A stretch of DNA of 64,000 nt from Gnetum montanum. Taxonomy: Eukaryota; Plantae; Gnetophyta. Both the position numbers and the translations under genes were made by a program. The notes under the pieces are model-generated. The model ran no database searches. It was not told where the DNA came from and saw only the letters and a program-made list of their open reading frames with translations. Positions 52,701 through 64,000 of this stretch are shown piece by piece. Each line of letters opens with the position of its first letter. The stretch's first letter is position 1. The DNA lies in assembly GCA_015680685.1 (NCBI GenBank), contig MNCI01000614.1, forward strand, positions 258,730 to 322,729, read 5' to 3'.

Positions 52701-54486
52701 ACACAAGGGGCCCAATCATAGAGGTAAGGGACTCGGTCAAGAGGGAAGGAGCTCCTATCACTAAGGAAGGGGCTCTTGTCATCAAGGAAAATCCTCCTAC
52801 TGATGAGGAGGACATTTTTTAAGATGAAGAAGAGTCTCCTATGGATGAAGAGGGTGCTAGTGCCTTGAAAAGAAAGGCACTAGCGAATAAAGAGGAAGCC
52901 TACATCGACCAAAAAGGGACTTCTACCGGAGGTCCCTCCGCTAAATGCAATTCAGCATCAGGGGAGTGGACACAAGCTAAGGGTGCTGCCATAGTCTTGA
53001 GCTAGAAAGGAGGGGAACTACAATTAGACGCAGGTGAGTTTGAGAATATATTCAATGATATGCCGATGAACGATCCCTCCATTATCACCCCTAAGGGTTT
53101 ACTAGGTAGAAGCCCTCACACTATCTTTTGCGTTACCCACAACTTTATTTCAGTCCATCTTGGTCATTACTGATGCATTTGGTTGCATGATAGACACCAC
53201 TGTTAATGCTGCAGGACCTCCTCTAATTCACTTGGAACCATGGGCCGAGACCCCTGACAAGCTTACGTTTATGTAAGGGGTCATCGATGACATGATCGAC
53301 CATCTTAGATAGGTTGATCCTGAAGTGGGTAAGTGAAATAGCTATGCTAGGCTTTTTAAGGTTGGTACGCTATACGTCTTAAGCCGCTAACTTTGCTACG
53401 ATAATGTGACTAATGTGCTCTTTATGTGGTTACAACCTCTTGACTCAAATTAGACCCAAAGCGAGTGTTGAAAGTCTATGCCATGCCTACATTCCCACCT
53501 GAAGTGGCCAAGGTGCCTCGTCGCATATACAATGAGGCTAGCAAATGCACTTTGCACTCGGCATGCTCCTTGTGGGAGTGTAGGCGTGTCAACGAGGACT
53601 TATGGAAACGGGTCCAGAGGATTGAGAAGGAGAAGGCTGAACTAAGCACCAAAGTGGGAGACCTCCAATCTAGGTACGAGTTCCTCCTAGCCCATGATAA
53701 AAACGATGGCGATTGGCACATGACTGTCATAGATTATGCTAAATTTTGGATAGTTGTGTGGTGCAACAATGAGACCACTTGGGAGATAATAGAATAGTAA
53801 ATAAAAATGGACTTGTTGTCTCAGAAGAACCAGGACTGAAAATACTACAGTGCTAGAGTTTACGAGTGGGGGTAGTCCCAGAAAAACTATAAACATATGT
53901 ATAAACTAGAACATGCCACCTACCGCGAACTATATCGGGATGCTTTAGTGAAGGTGTTTACCTATGAAGAATTCTTGAATGCCATTGGCACTTTTGAAGC
54001 TTATAACAAGTTCATGGAGCAAGTAATAGTCAGTGAATCTCCTGAATGGGAAGTGGACCTTCCCACAAGTGTGACTGCTACTACCTCCTTTTCTCTGGGA
54101 CCGTCGAGATGGACGACCATTGAAAAGGAGAAAGTTGCTGTAGATGTTGAACCTAGTGCTAGGCACTGGGTAAATATGACGAAGGAGGAGGTCTGGCACC
54201 ACCTTGGGCTTTGTTTGGATCGCATACCCTTTGAGACAGACACAGGGCCATCTCGGGTTAGTCACTTTCTACTATGTAAAGGCCTATGTTTTATTCTAGC
54301 TTTCATGTGTTGCTCTAGTTGACTACTTCACTTTTCATAATGTAGATTCCAGGTGAAGATGCAGGGCCTAATGAGGGCGACAATGAAAAGGTGAACAAAG
54401 GTAGTGCATAGGAAGGCAATGCGAAAGGGAATGATGCAGGAGTAAATGATGTGGGCGAAGATGATGTAGGTGTAGATGACCCATGA
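49782..54486 (+). pseudogene. Antisense 8-exon accessory gene of element A: FCP1/NIF-like HAD domain + PMD/Transposase_32-like region + acidic/coiled regions. Exons: 49782-49900, 50497-50937, ~51021-51294, 51429-52478, 52629-53033, 53194-53328, ~53454-54256, 54346-54486
   Basis: GT-AG introns with matching phases (2,0,1,1,1,1,0) joining the ORF-track fragments 51078, 51725, 52619, 53465 and 53897; most stops are TAG/TGA/TAA derivable from CAG/TGG/CGA/CAA; one frameshift late in exon 2; exon 1 conserved in element B. Confidence 0.8.
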
Positions 54487-54662
54487 CAGCATGGGCTTTT
54501 TGAGATTTTTTTTGAATTTTTTTTTTGCAAAACTGTTGCAAACATTGTTTGATGGGAAAACTTTGAATGAAAAGGAGAATTTTGGAAAATGATTTGGCTT
54601 CATGTAAGCTTATGGGTTACCTATGTAATCGATTTTATGTTATGTTTTCATTTTTTTGATGT

Positions 54663-54950
54663 TTTAGTTTTAGGCCATTTCGAGCCTATACTAGTTTTAG
54701 GCCATTTTGGGCCGTGCGTAGTTTTAAGCCATTTTAGGCCCTTGCTAGTTTTAGGCCATTTCGGGCCACTGCTAGTTTTAGGCCATTTTGGGCCATTACT
54801 AGTTTCAGGTCATTTCGGGCCATATATAGTTTTAGGCCATTTCAGGCCTACTCTAGTTTTAAGCTGTTTCGGGCCTTGGTATCGTAGCGTAGTTTTAGGC
54901 CTTTTTGGGCCATGGGGTAGTAGCATAGTTTTAGGCCTTTACAGGCCGTG
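54663..54950. repeat. Array of ~10 x ~29-bp motif+hairpin units
   Basis: (GC)TAGTTTTA-GGCC-ATTT(T/C)G-GGCC repeated. Confidence 0.9.
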
Positions 54951-55216
54951 GTAAAGTGAAAAAATGATATGCTAACAAAAAGGCGGTACTTAATGTAGAT
55001 ACATGGGTGCGAAACAAAAAGGTGGTAAATGTACAAAGGATGCGAATTAGGGAAGAAGTAGTGCGGTTGCTATGCTATGCGTAACTGCTTCTTGACCTAT
55101 CGTGGATTGGGTGAGGTATAGGATCGAGGCACTTTACCATGACCTTCGTCTATATCATTGTCCTCTATTTGGAAGGGCAACTCAGCCCACGCGTTTTTGT
55201 TTTCTAAACTAGCTTG

Positions 55217-55924
55217 CTAAGCTAGCTCTCTTGCTAAACGGTAAGTATCTATAGAGACAGGCGCTTCATTCTCAGAGGTTACGACCTTTGAGCCTTGTTC
55301 CATATGCACGTTATTGATAGCTTCTGTTGCTAGCTCGTCGCCATGGATTACCACCTCCTTGCCTGCATAAGGTAGATGGATTTCCTGATGTATGGGCGAA
55401 GAGATTACTCTAAGTTGCACTAACCATGACCTTTCTAAGATTAGGTTAATCCTGGGCATCTCTTCAACCATGATGAATGTTGCATTTGTCGGGAACTAGT
55501 CCCCTACCATGAAGTCAATGTGGACTATGCCCTTCACCACGACCCATGCCCTATTGAACGACTTTAAGAAAGACGTTGTTGTGGGTTTGATCTGGTTGAC
55601 CAAACCCAACTTATTAACAATAGGGAAAGGAATGACATTTGTAGCAGCTCCATCATCAATGTGTACCCTTCGAATCTTATGTTGGTTAACCCGAATTATG
55701 ATGAACATGGGTGCTATAGTCACCTGATCCTTTTCAGGATCTTCCCTAATGGAATCATTGCAAAAATTCAGTTGGGATGGCTTTGGTTTTGTAGGCGCAG
55801 AAGGAAACATGACCAAATGGATTGCCTTCTCTTCCATTGGCATATTCTCGTCAACCGGAATTGCCGTTAACATGTAGACCAAAGCCTCATTATGTGTGGT
55901 AGATGTCATGATCAGGTCGTACAA
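55217..55924 (-). pseudogene. Element A aspartic protease region
   Basis: KIRRVHIDDGAATNVIP...SFN...NLILERSWL..VISSPIHQEI, Ogre/Tat-type protease. Confidence 0.85.
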
Positions 55925-55929
55925 GCTAA

Positions 55930-56763
55930 ATGTAGTGTTTTTTTTTGTTTCAGAGCTTGCTTGACCTGGGTGAGGGTGCTTAAAAGGTCCTATCCACCTT
56001 CCAGTTTACTACCTTTCTCCTCTTTTATTCATCCCAAAATATGAATTTTCCAAGGAGGGATAGTTTCGGGCCTAGGTTCAGACCCTTTTGGGCAAGGTGG
56101 CAAAGACTGTGTAGGTGTAGCAATGTTTCCCTTCAGTGACGAGGGCGTAGATGCAGGGGGTGAATATGTAGGCTTGGAAGTACCTGGGGTGGTACTTTCT
56201 CTTGATGTCTCACCTGTGAAGTGCACTTCCCATTTCTTAGGACGAGAAGGCTGTGAAGCTATCTTATGTGGGGAAGGGACTGTTGAATGGGTTGGTCCCC
56301 TGATAACGAATGGAGCTAATGGTGTTAATGGGCAGGGTGGTGTGGTTTTGCTAATAGGTGGTGTAGGCACAGATGCTTGGGGAGGGACTCTCAAGACAAA
56401 AGGTTGTTGCGGGGTTTAGTTAGCCATTGGTGGTGCTGGTGCACTATGTTGAGGCACATAGACCACAAATGGCTGCTGGGGTGATTTAGGATTACTGTCA
56501 ATGTCGATAGTGTTGATAATGTAATTGGTGTTGCTGGCATTAAGAGGATTCATGTAAACATGTAGGGATTGATTCTCAGGGCATACTGGGTTACTTTCGT
56601 CTAGCACCAGTTTACCCTGATCGATCATCCTTTGGATGTCGTCTTTCAATGCCATGCAGTAATCTGTGTTGTGACCACATTGTTAATGGTAGGCACAAAA
56701 CCGCTCTAGCTTGAAACCCTTAGGAACTGGGGGCTCGTTGGGGAAAGCCAAAGAGGGGTTCCT
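55930..56763 (-). pseudogene. Element A gag C-terminus with CxxH-GH-C knuckle and Pro-rich spacer
   Basis: RFCAYH*QCGHNTDYCMALKDDIQRMIDQGKL. Confidence 0.8.
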
Positions 56764-59447
56764 TGTAGTGATTAAAAATGTTAGTGGCTGGAAGACACCA
56801 TGGGGTCGACGGATGCGATAGTTTCGACCTCGTATCTGTGGGAGGGCCATGCTGGGTGTGTGCGGACACAGGGTGCCCTAAACGGTCTAGTCGATCAGAC
56901 ATGGACTTACATCGACGTCAATATAACCTTTTGTAATGTAAATAATGTGGAATGTGAGATAATGCTTGAAAGTAAATGAAACAGGAGAGAAACTATAAAA
57001 AAATGCGACAGTAATACGAAGTAATGTTTAAAGGTGAATAAAATAGAAAATGATGCAAAACGAGATGACATGGAAGAAATAAAGTAAAGTGTAGTTAGAA
57101 ACATGCACCACTCCGAAGCTACAAATTCACTTGGTCAGGGTGGATACAATCGGTTGCATAACGTGACGGAGTGCAGAAATCTGGAGAGTAACCAAGGCCC
57201 GTTGAGTGAAAAGAGCTATGTGCTTGGACGTAGACTTGGATACAAACAATGCGGGGTTCTACCAAGGTGGTAGAATGGAGACGGGACCCCATGCCAGCTA
57301 AGAGAGACTCACTGTTTATAGTGTTAAACAGATGACTTTGATGTTACAATGCTAGAGAGAGGAGAAGTCTTTATTCTAGAATTCCAAAGTTCCCACCCCT
57401 TGGAAGCTGTTTGCTTTAAAAAGGATGTGAACTCTTTTGAAATTTCCAACCTTTAAAAATTGCATACTTCTTTTGCATGCTTTTTTCCAGGGTATTTATA
57501 GGACAGAGGGCGTGTGAAATGGGTGGTTTGAATGCTACGTTCCTTAGGCCTTCGTTGTCTTGCTGGCGCTACTTGTGCCATTTGTGACCAGTGGACCTAT
57601 AAGACCATTGTGATACGAACTTGTATGCAATAACTGCAATCCTACTATGCCGTAATTGCACTGTCAACATCTAGAGACGTGAGCGAACGGTCTGATTAGG
57701 TGGAGTGCATTGATGTCACTCAATCACCTGCATGCCTTGCTATGCTTTATGATGTAGCATGCTTAGCGTAGCGTCGCACTTTGTCACACGTTCTGCTATA
57801 TGTCAGATGCTTGCTACACTATGCTATGCTACGTAGCGTAGTGTAGTGTACCAACTAGCCTTAGTCACGAAAGCTTTACTGATTTGCGAACCTTGTCTTC
57901 TGTGATGCAAGTCTTGTAAACTTCGTTGAATTTGCCTTTCGAATTACCTTCTGTCTCTTTCACAGGATTGCTACGCCTTGCTGTGCCATGTAGCTCAGCG
58001 TAGTGTAGTAGCAGACATGATCTGCCGCTTCCTGACAGAAAGGGACATCATTGCAGAACTCGAAATTGGGCGAGGGGAGTGGGTAGTGAAGTCATTGCCA
58101 TGGTATGTTGCGTGACGTAGCATAGCGTAGGACTTCGTTCTGCCATCATCCTCTGAAGCTTGCTACGTTATATAGTGTAGCAGGCTTCATGACTTAGAAA
58201 ACTTGCCGAACCATTTTTTTGCGCATCCAGAGTGCTGCTGCCAATTCTGCACACTGTTTTTGAGTAGGCTATCGGCTCGTTAGGCTACCTTGGCGGACAG
58301 GCAGGATTGCACGGAACCTATCCATGCTCAAAAGTAGAAAATTTGCCGAACTGGCCTTCCTGAACTCAGAACATTCTCCTCTCAATGAGTTGCTGTAGTG
58401 TTGCGCAGACTACAAGAGCCTGGTGAAGCAAGGATGACCCCATATTTTTTAGGGTGTTTCATTGGCCCCTCTTTGTTGATGTCTGGAGAACAGGCTCGAT
58501 GGACGTCAGTAAAGAATACGAAACATTGCAGCAGGTGAAATGCTAAGGTTGTCACTTGGTGAGTGCTGAGACATTGCTTAGCTGCGCTTGAGAGTGTTGC
58601 ATTGGTTTTGTAGAGGTTAAGATAGAGAGAAAAGATGATGTTTAGCCAAGTTCTTTGTCGGAGTGCTCTAAGGGGCTTGTTTTCATTTTCATCTTTGACT
58701 GGCGTTGTTCTTCAACCTCTTGTAGGATAGGTGCTCCCTTTGTAGGATGTGTTTCGTTACATCTGTGAAGGGTTTTGACCTACCTACGGACACCTTCCAT
58801 ATGGCGAGTTATGTTATGCATGTGCTGGAGTTTGCACTCTCAAATAGCCACGTTAGTCGAGGCACTTGCTTCGCGATGCAGTAGCATTTGCTGCTGTAGC
58901 GAGATTTGTTTGCGGGGACGAGGTCTTGATGGCTACTGGCATTGTTGTTACTCATGGGTACCGTTGCTGGTGTGAGATGCCCAAAGAAGGGAGGCCAGCA
59001 GCAGCTCTGGCAATGTCGACGTGGAGGAGTTGGGTGTGGATGACTTGGAATCCCTGCCAGGGGTTTGCATCCCTGGCTTAGCCATGGGATCAGTTGCCAC
59101 ATAGCTAATGTCGTGCAAGCCTAGGCATTGGTAGGGAGCTGGAGCAACAATATTGTGGCTGGGCCACAATATTTCCGAAACTCCAAATGCAGGAGCTAAC
59201 CCAAGAACTACCGTCAGGGCGATGGGCCATGGTGACAGTAGGTTCGGAGGGTTAGTATGACACCATATGGCATCTTCAGAGAGTTAGCATGGTGCCAAGG
59301 GTGGTGGCATTGCATATGTTCTGGATGGCGTTCTGAGTGTGTCGTGAATGGTGTTCTAGAGCTACAGCATCCCACCCACTTGTTAGCATCGCACCCACTC
59401 GTTTGGTGTATATTTGGTGCTGGTGCATGTTGGGGATGCGATGCGAA

Positions 59448-59725
59448 CCCAGTTTAAGGTCTTGGTAGACCATGTGCTGGTTTAAGGTCCCAACAGACCA
59501 CCGTTTTGGTTTAAGGTCCCAGCAGATCGTACATGCTAGTTTATTGTCGTAGAGGACATGCAATGCCAGTTTATACTCATAGTTGACTAACAGTGCTAGT
59601 TTTACATCGTCGCAGATGGCTATTGCTAGTTTAACACCGTAGCGGGCGTTGCTTGATGTTGCTAGTTTATTGTCATTGCGGATGCTACCTGGTGCGACTG
59701 CCAGTTTACCGTCGTAGCGGATGGT
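59448..59725. repeat. Element B post-integrase motif+hairpin array (~9 units)
   Basis: GGTC-TTGGTA-GACC, GGTC-CCAACA-GACC, TGTC-GTAGAG-GACA, CATC-GTCGCA-GATG after (G)CYAGTTTA-like motifs. Confidence 0.85.
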
Positions 59726-59746
59726 GCTTGTTGTTGCCGTTGCACT

Positions 59747-62585
59747 TTAGACGTAGTATGGCTTGAGATACATGTGGTTCATCTAGTTGGTGAATTCATT
59801 ACTGTCCATGTCTGCTAGTTTGAAGGCTCCATTTCCAAAGGCTTTAGTGACCACATAAGGACCTTCCCAGTTGGCTAAGAATTTGCTCACGTGCTCTCAG
59901 ACGAAGGACTTAGGCGTGATAGGCCCTATGAGGTCTAGTCCCCATCATTGGAAGGGCCACGTGATTTGCATTGGGTGCAGGTCTGTAGGTGCTACGTGTA
60001 TGAGATTTGCATATCTCTAGCATGTGTCGCACGTCTTGGCTTTCGACAAGTAGTCATGTTCCATGTAGGGCCAATAGTACCCTAGGTGTCTGATTTTCAC
60101 CGCTATAGCCCTGGGTGCTATGTGTCCACCGCACAGCCCTTCATGAACCTCATTAACTACCTTTTGTGCTTGCTCGCCACCCACACATGCCAGAAATATC
60201 CCATGGTAGGATCGTCAGCACACTACATCATTTTCCATGAGCATGTATTGTTGAGCATGCTTACGGATTGCATCTCTTTGGTCCGATGTCCATTCACTTG
60301 GGGGTTCGCCATGTTGTAGATAAGCTTTAATGTTATTGTACCACTCCGGGGTATCCGCAGCATTGACAGAGGCCACGTGTTCCACTTGAGTGATAGGCTC
60401 TACACATTCTGTGATCGCAGTTGGTAGGTTTGCCAAAGAATGTGATGGGATGTTTAACGCGAGGGTAGCTAGGGCGTCTACTACGATGTTCTCGTTACGT
60501 GACACATGTTGCACATCAATGGTTGTGAATTGCTTAAGTAGGATTTTTGTGAGGTCACAGTAGGGTTGTAGGTGTGTAGCCTTGTAGGCATAGACTTTGG
60601 TGATTTGATTCATGATTAGTTGTGAATCTCCTTGAATTTCCAGATGTTGTATATGCAGTGCTTGGGCAGTTAAGAGGCCTTTGAGTAGCCCCTCGTATTC
60701 TGCCACGTTGTTGGTGCAAGGGAATGCAAAACGATAAGCAGATGGGTACATTTCCCCAGAGGGGAATGTGATCGTGGCAGTGGCACTACCTCTGCGCATG
60801 GTTGAGGCACCGTCGAAATGTAAGGTAGCCTCCAAATGCAATGGGATGATGGCAACATTGCTAACGTATTTGTCTAGGAATTCTAGGTCTATGGTAGCCT
60901 GGTCGTCGACTGGTGAGGCCGTAAGTTGGGTTGCTAGGGCTTGACCCTTTGTCAACGATTAACTTACATAGCATAGGTCGAACTCTGCGGTTATTGCCTT
61001 CCATTGGGCTATCTTGCTACTTTCGTACAGGCTGCTGGTGATAGCCCAGAGCATGCTGCTTTTGCAAATGATGTTGGTTGTGCTACGGAATAGGTAATGT
61101 TGCCATTTCTTCAGTGCGAGCACTAGGGCTAGGTAGTTCCTCTCCACTTCGTTGTACATCACCTCGCATGCTACTAGTGCATGGCTTAGGTAATACATCG
61201 GCATCTCAGAACTGTTGTCCCACTTCTAACATAGCAATGCTACTATGGATGTGTTGGAAGTGGCAAAGGTATATGAAGAAAGACTTGTTCCTTTGTGACG
61301 AGTTCACCATTGGGAGGTGCGAGAGCTCCTTCTTCAGGTCATCGAAGGCTTGTTAACACTAGGTTGTCCATTCAAAGTCAACCCCCTTTTTTAGAAGATG
61401 TTGCTTGGGGTGTAATTTGTCAGTTAGCCTAGCTATGAACCTTTGAATGAATTGTACCCTGCATTGTAAACCGCGTAACTCCTTAAGGTTTGTGGGAGGC
61501 ACTAGATTGACGATGGCCTTGACTTTGTCGGGGTCCACCCGTATTCTAGCCTCTGATACTACGAACCCTAACATGTGTCCGGTCTTTACTCAGAAGACGC
61601 GCTTCTTAGGATTGAGATGTAAGTTGTGCATTTGGAAGCACTTGAGGATTACCCCTAGATCTCGTGGGTGATCAGCTACCTCCTTGGACTTAACTGCTAT
61701 GTCATCTACATAATCATTTAATGTTTCTAGGATGTACTCACTGAAAATGTAGGTCATGGCTCGCTAGTAGGTTGCTCCATCATTCTTGAGCCTAATAGGG
61801 ATCATGGTATAGCAGAAAGTTCCCCATGGAGTCATGAAGGTTGTTGAAAGCTAGTGCTCTGGGTTGATGCAGATTTGGTTGTATCTAGAGAAGCCATCCA
61901 TGAAGGATAGCAAAGCATGACCAGCCGTGGTGTTGATGAGTTGATCAATGCTTGGGAGTGGGAAGTTGTCTTTGATCGTTGCCTTATTCAAGTCTCAGAA
62001 GTCTATACAGATTTGTATCCTTCCTATTTTCTTCGAAACTACAATGATGTTGGACACCCACTCTGAATAGTCGACCGCGCGAATGAAACCTGCTTGGTAT
62101 AACTTAGTGATTTCATCCCTCATGGCTAATGCGATTTTTGGCTTAATTCTACGAGCCTTTTACTTGAATGTCTTTACGTGTGGGTCTAGGATGATGTTAT
62201 GTTGAATTAGCTGTAGATCTAGACTCGGCATGTCGCTGTACGACCATGCGAAAACATCAATGTGATCTTGCAGAGTTTTAACTATGCCTTCATGTGTTTG
62301 TGTGTCTAGGAGGGAGCTGAGTCTTAATGTCTTTACCTTCCCCTTTGACATGGTCACAGGTATCTTGACAAGAGGATCCTTGGTTACATCCTCGGCCTCT
62401 AAATCTAGGGCTTGGACTAGGTGTCTAGGCCAATCTAGGAATGCTTCTTTGGCTGCTATAGTGTTAATCGTAGTCGACCCCCAGTCGATCATGTCAGGGT
62501 TCAACTGTCTCGTGAGCTTGTCCTATGGCCTTGCTAACATTAAAGGCCTGGAAAGGGCACGATGGATTCCCATCTCTTGCTTGAC
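59747..62585 (-). pseudogene. Element B pol (RT, RH, aRH, integrase lacking its catalytic core)
   Basis: LHFDGAS..CTNNVAEYEGLL..GDSQLI (aRH); WGLDLIGPITPKS joined directly to EHVSKFLANWEGPY at ~59900. Confidence 0.92.
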
Positions 62586-63396
62586 CTGCCATCATAAGAT
62601 GAAAGCTTGGGTAAGGATCATCAGAGATTGTGTGAAACAAAAATTTGCAAAGCAACACCGAGATGCAACTTGCTAAGTGAGGCGATGTAAAGATTGAACA
62701 TTTTCTAGTTTAAGGTTGTGGCGGACCACCAAGGTGTGAGAGTGTAGAATTGCTAATGGAACATGTGACTATCGATATGCGAATGCCAAACTACTAGTTT
62801 ATTGGCATCTTGAACTGCCATATTGTAACATGCAAAATCTTGATATGCAAAAAAAAAAAGGAAATTACAAGTACAAGGAGTATCGAACTGCCAGTGTGAA
62901 AATGGAATCATGAAACCACTAGGAAGGGTGATACTACCTATGTGGAAGAGGATAAGGCGACTTCTGGTGTAAGGATATGGTTAGTTTAATGTCATTGCAA
63001 ACTGCGAACGTAACAGGTTGAAACTACTATTTTTAGGGTCTTTTCAAATCCTAAGGAGTGTAACTATGCTAGGCTCGTTAGTTTAAGGTCTTTTCGGACC
63101 CTTAATCAAAAACAAATATTATTATATTTTTTCTTTGTCTTTGGGAAGGCAAGTAGTTGGCTTGAAGCATGTCAAGGCTTAAATGCTAATAGTGTTATGA
63201 TGTTGTGGCAAGGATGCTACACTGCACGGCATGCTCCGCATTAATTAGAGAGAGAAAGAGGTAAGTTTCCCTATCTTGCCCTTGCGGGTATAAATAGGGG
63301 TTAAACCTAGGCGATTTTACTATTTCCACCGTAGGAGCACAGAACCCTTAGCGGAGCATACGACGATTTCAGAGCACGAAGCAGTTGACTAGCAAG

Positions 63397-63548
63397 ATGA
63401 ATTTCTACAGTGAAGGTCATAAATCTGCAAGGAGGGCAATGGATCCTAAGACTCATTTGGTGCTTGCGAAGGTTGAGGAGGTGAAAAAGGCTCTGAGACA
63501 CGTGCCACAAGTGCGCGTTCCAGCACGAGAGAGCACACCGTTGACCCA
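63397..63548 (+). CDS. Exon 1 of the antisense accessory gene in element B
   Basis: HLVLAKVEEVKKALRHVPQVRVPARESTPLT vs A HLALTKVEEVKETLGRLSQACITVREETPLA; same phase-2 donor (CA|GTAAGT); TATA at 63289. Confidence 0.75.
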
Positions 63549-64000
63549 GTAAGTTTTCATGCCTCCTTCGCTCTTTTTGTTTTGCACATTTTGTTGTTTT
63601 CTACTTTGATTTTGCATCCTATTTGTTTTGCTATCTGTGTTTTCTGTGGCCACGTTGTTTTAGCCTTTGGATTGCCATGGCCTCTTTTTTGGTCATGGCC
63701 GATGTGCAAAGGTGTTGTTGTAAGGCCGCTGGGACTGCTACCACTGTGGTTGTCATGCCTGCAGGGCTGGGGCAGTTTAAGTTGTTTGGCCTTGGCATGT
63801 CGTAACGTAAAACCCTTTGGAGGATTTGGTAATGTGTGATGCAGCATCGCGACGCATGTTTTGTTTGGGCATGTCGCCAATTGTTTTACTGCTACGCTGA
63901 GCTATTTGCATGTTTTCGCTATGCGAGGCTCTGACACCTTTGCTACACTATGTATGGGTAGAGGGTTATACTATGCTATATTTATGGATAGCTAGATGCT

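Larger units (their letters stand above)
41588..56763 (-). mobile_element. Tat/Ogre-like Gypsy element A (3' LTR, INT, aRH, RH, RT, ~6-kb PROT-RT insert, PROT, gag C-terminus); gag is interrupted by element B
   Basis: 3' LTR 41588-43486 (minus strand TGAAAG...CTACA) preceded by PPT AAAAAGGGGCCAA; domain order gag-PROT-RT-RH-aRH-INT. Confidence 0.92.
56764..64000 (-). mobile_element. Tat/Ogre-like element B, related to A and nested in A's gag; runs off the window
   Basis: 3' LTR 56764-58461 (TGAAAC...CTACA on the minus strand) with PPT AAAGAGGGGCCAA; same module order as A. Confidence 0.92.

Noticed and set aside
54589-54954. ORF with LVLGHFGP repeats
   Set aside because: It is the translation of the tandem DNA array downstream of the gene's stop, with no independent coding support.

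Overview
Eukaryotic land-plant genomic DNA from a draft assembly with N gaps. It is TE-rich, and the TNL splice-junction motifs look gymnosperm-like (inference). The left half holds a degraded malectin-like/LRR receptor pseudogene split by a small non-autonomous LTR element, and a 7-exon TIR-NBS-LRR gene (8569-24464). The TNL has a ~290-aa tandem-repeat N-terminal extension, a non-LRR island and a long post-LRR region; its 9-kb intron contains a Copia relic. The right half is a nest of Gypsy elements: a full non-autonomous Athila-like element (27480-33673, TSD ATAAC) and a minus-strand Athila-like element. That second element is interrupted by Tat/Ogre-like element A (41588-56763), whose gag is in turn interrupted by a related element B (56764 to the window end). 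The most striking result is in the ~6-kb gap between protease and RT of element A: an antisense, TATA-driven, 8-exon gene (~1100 aa, now decayed). It encodes an FCP1/NIF-type HAD phosphatase-like domain, a PMD/Transposase_32-like region and acidic/coiled segments, and its first exon is conserved in element B. Arrays of a 'GCYAGTTTA + 4-5-bp stem/6-nt loop' unit with compensatory stem changes flank this gene and recur after integrase.
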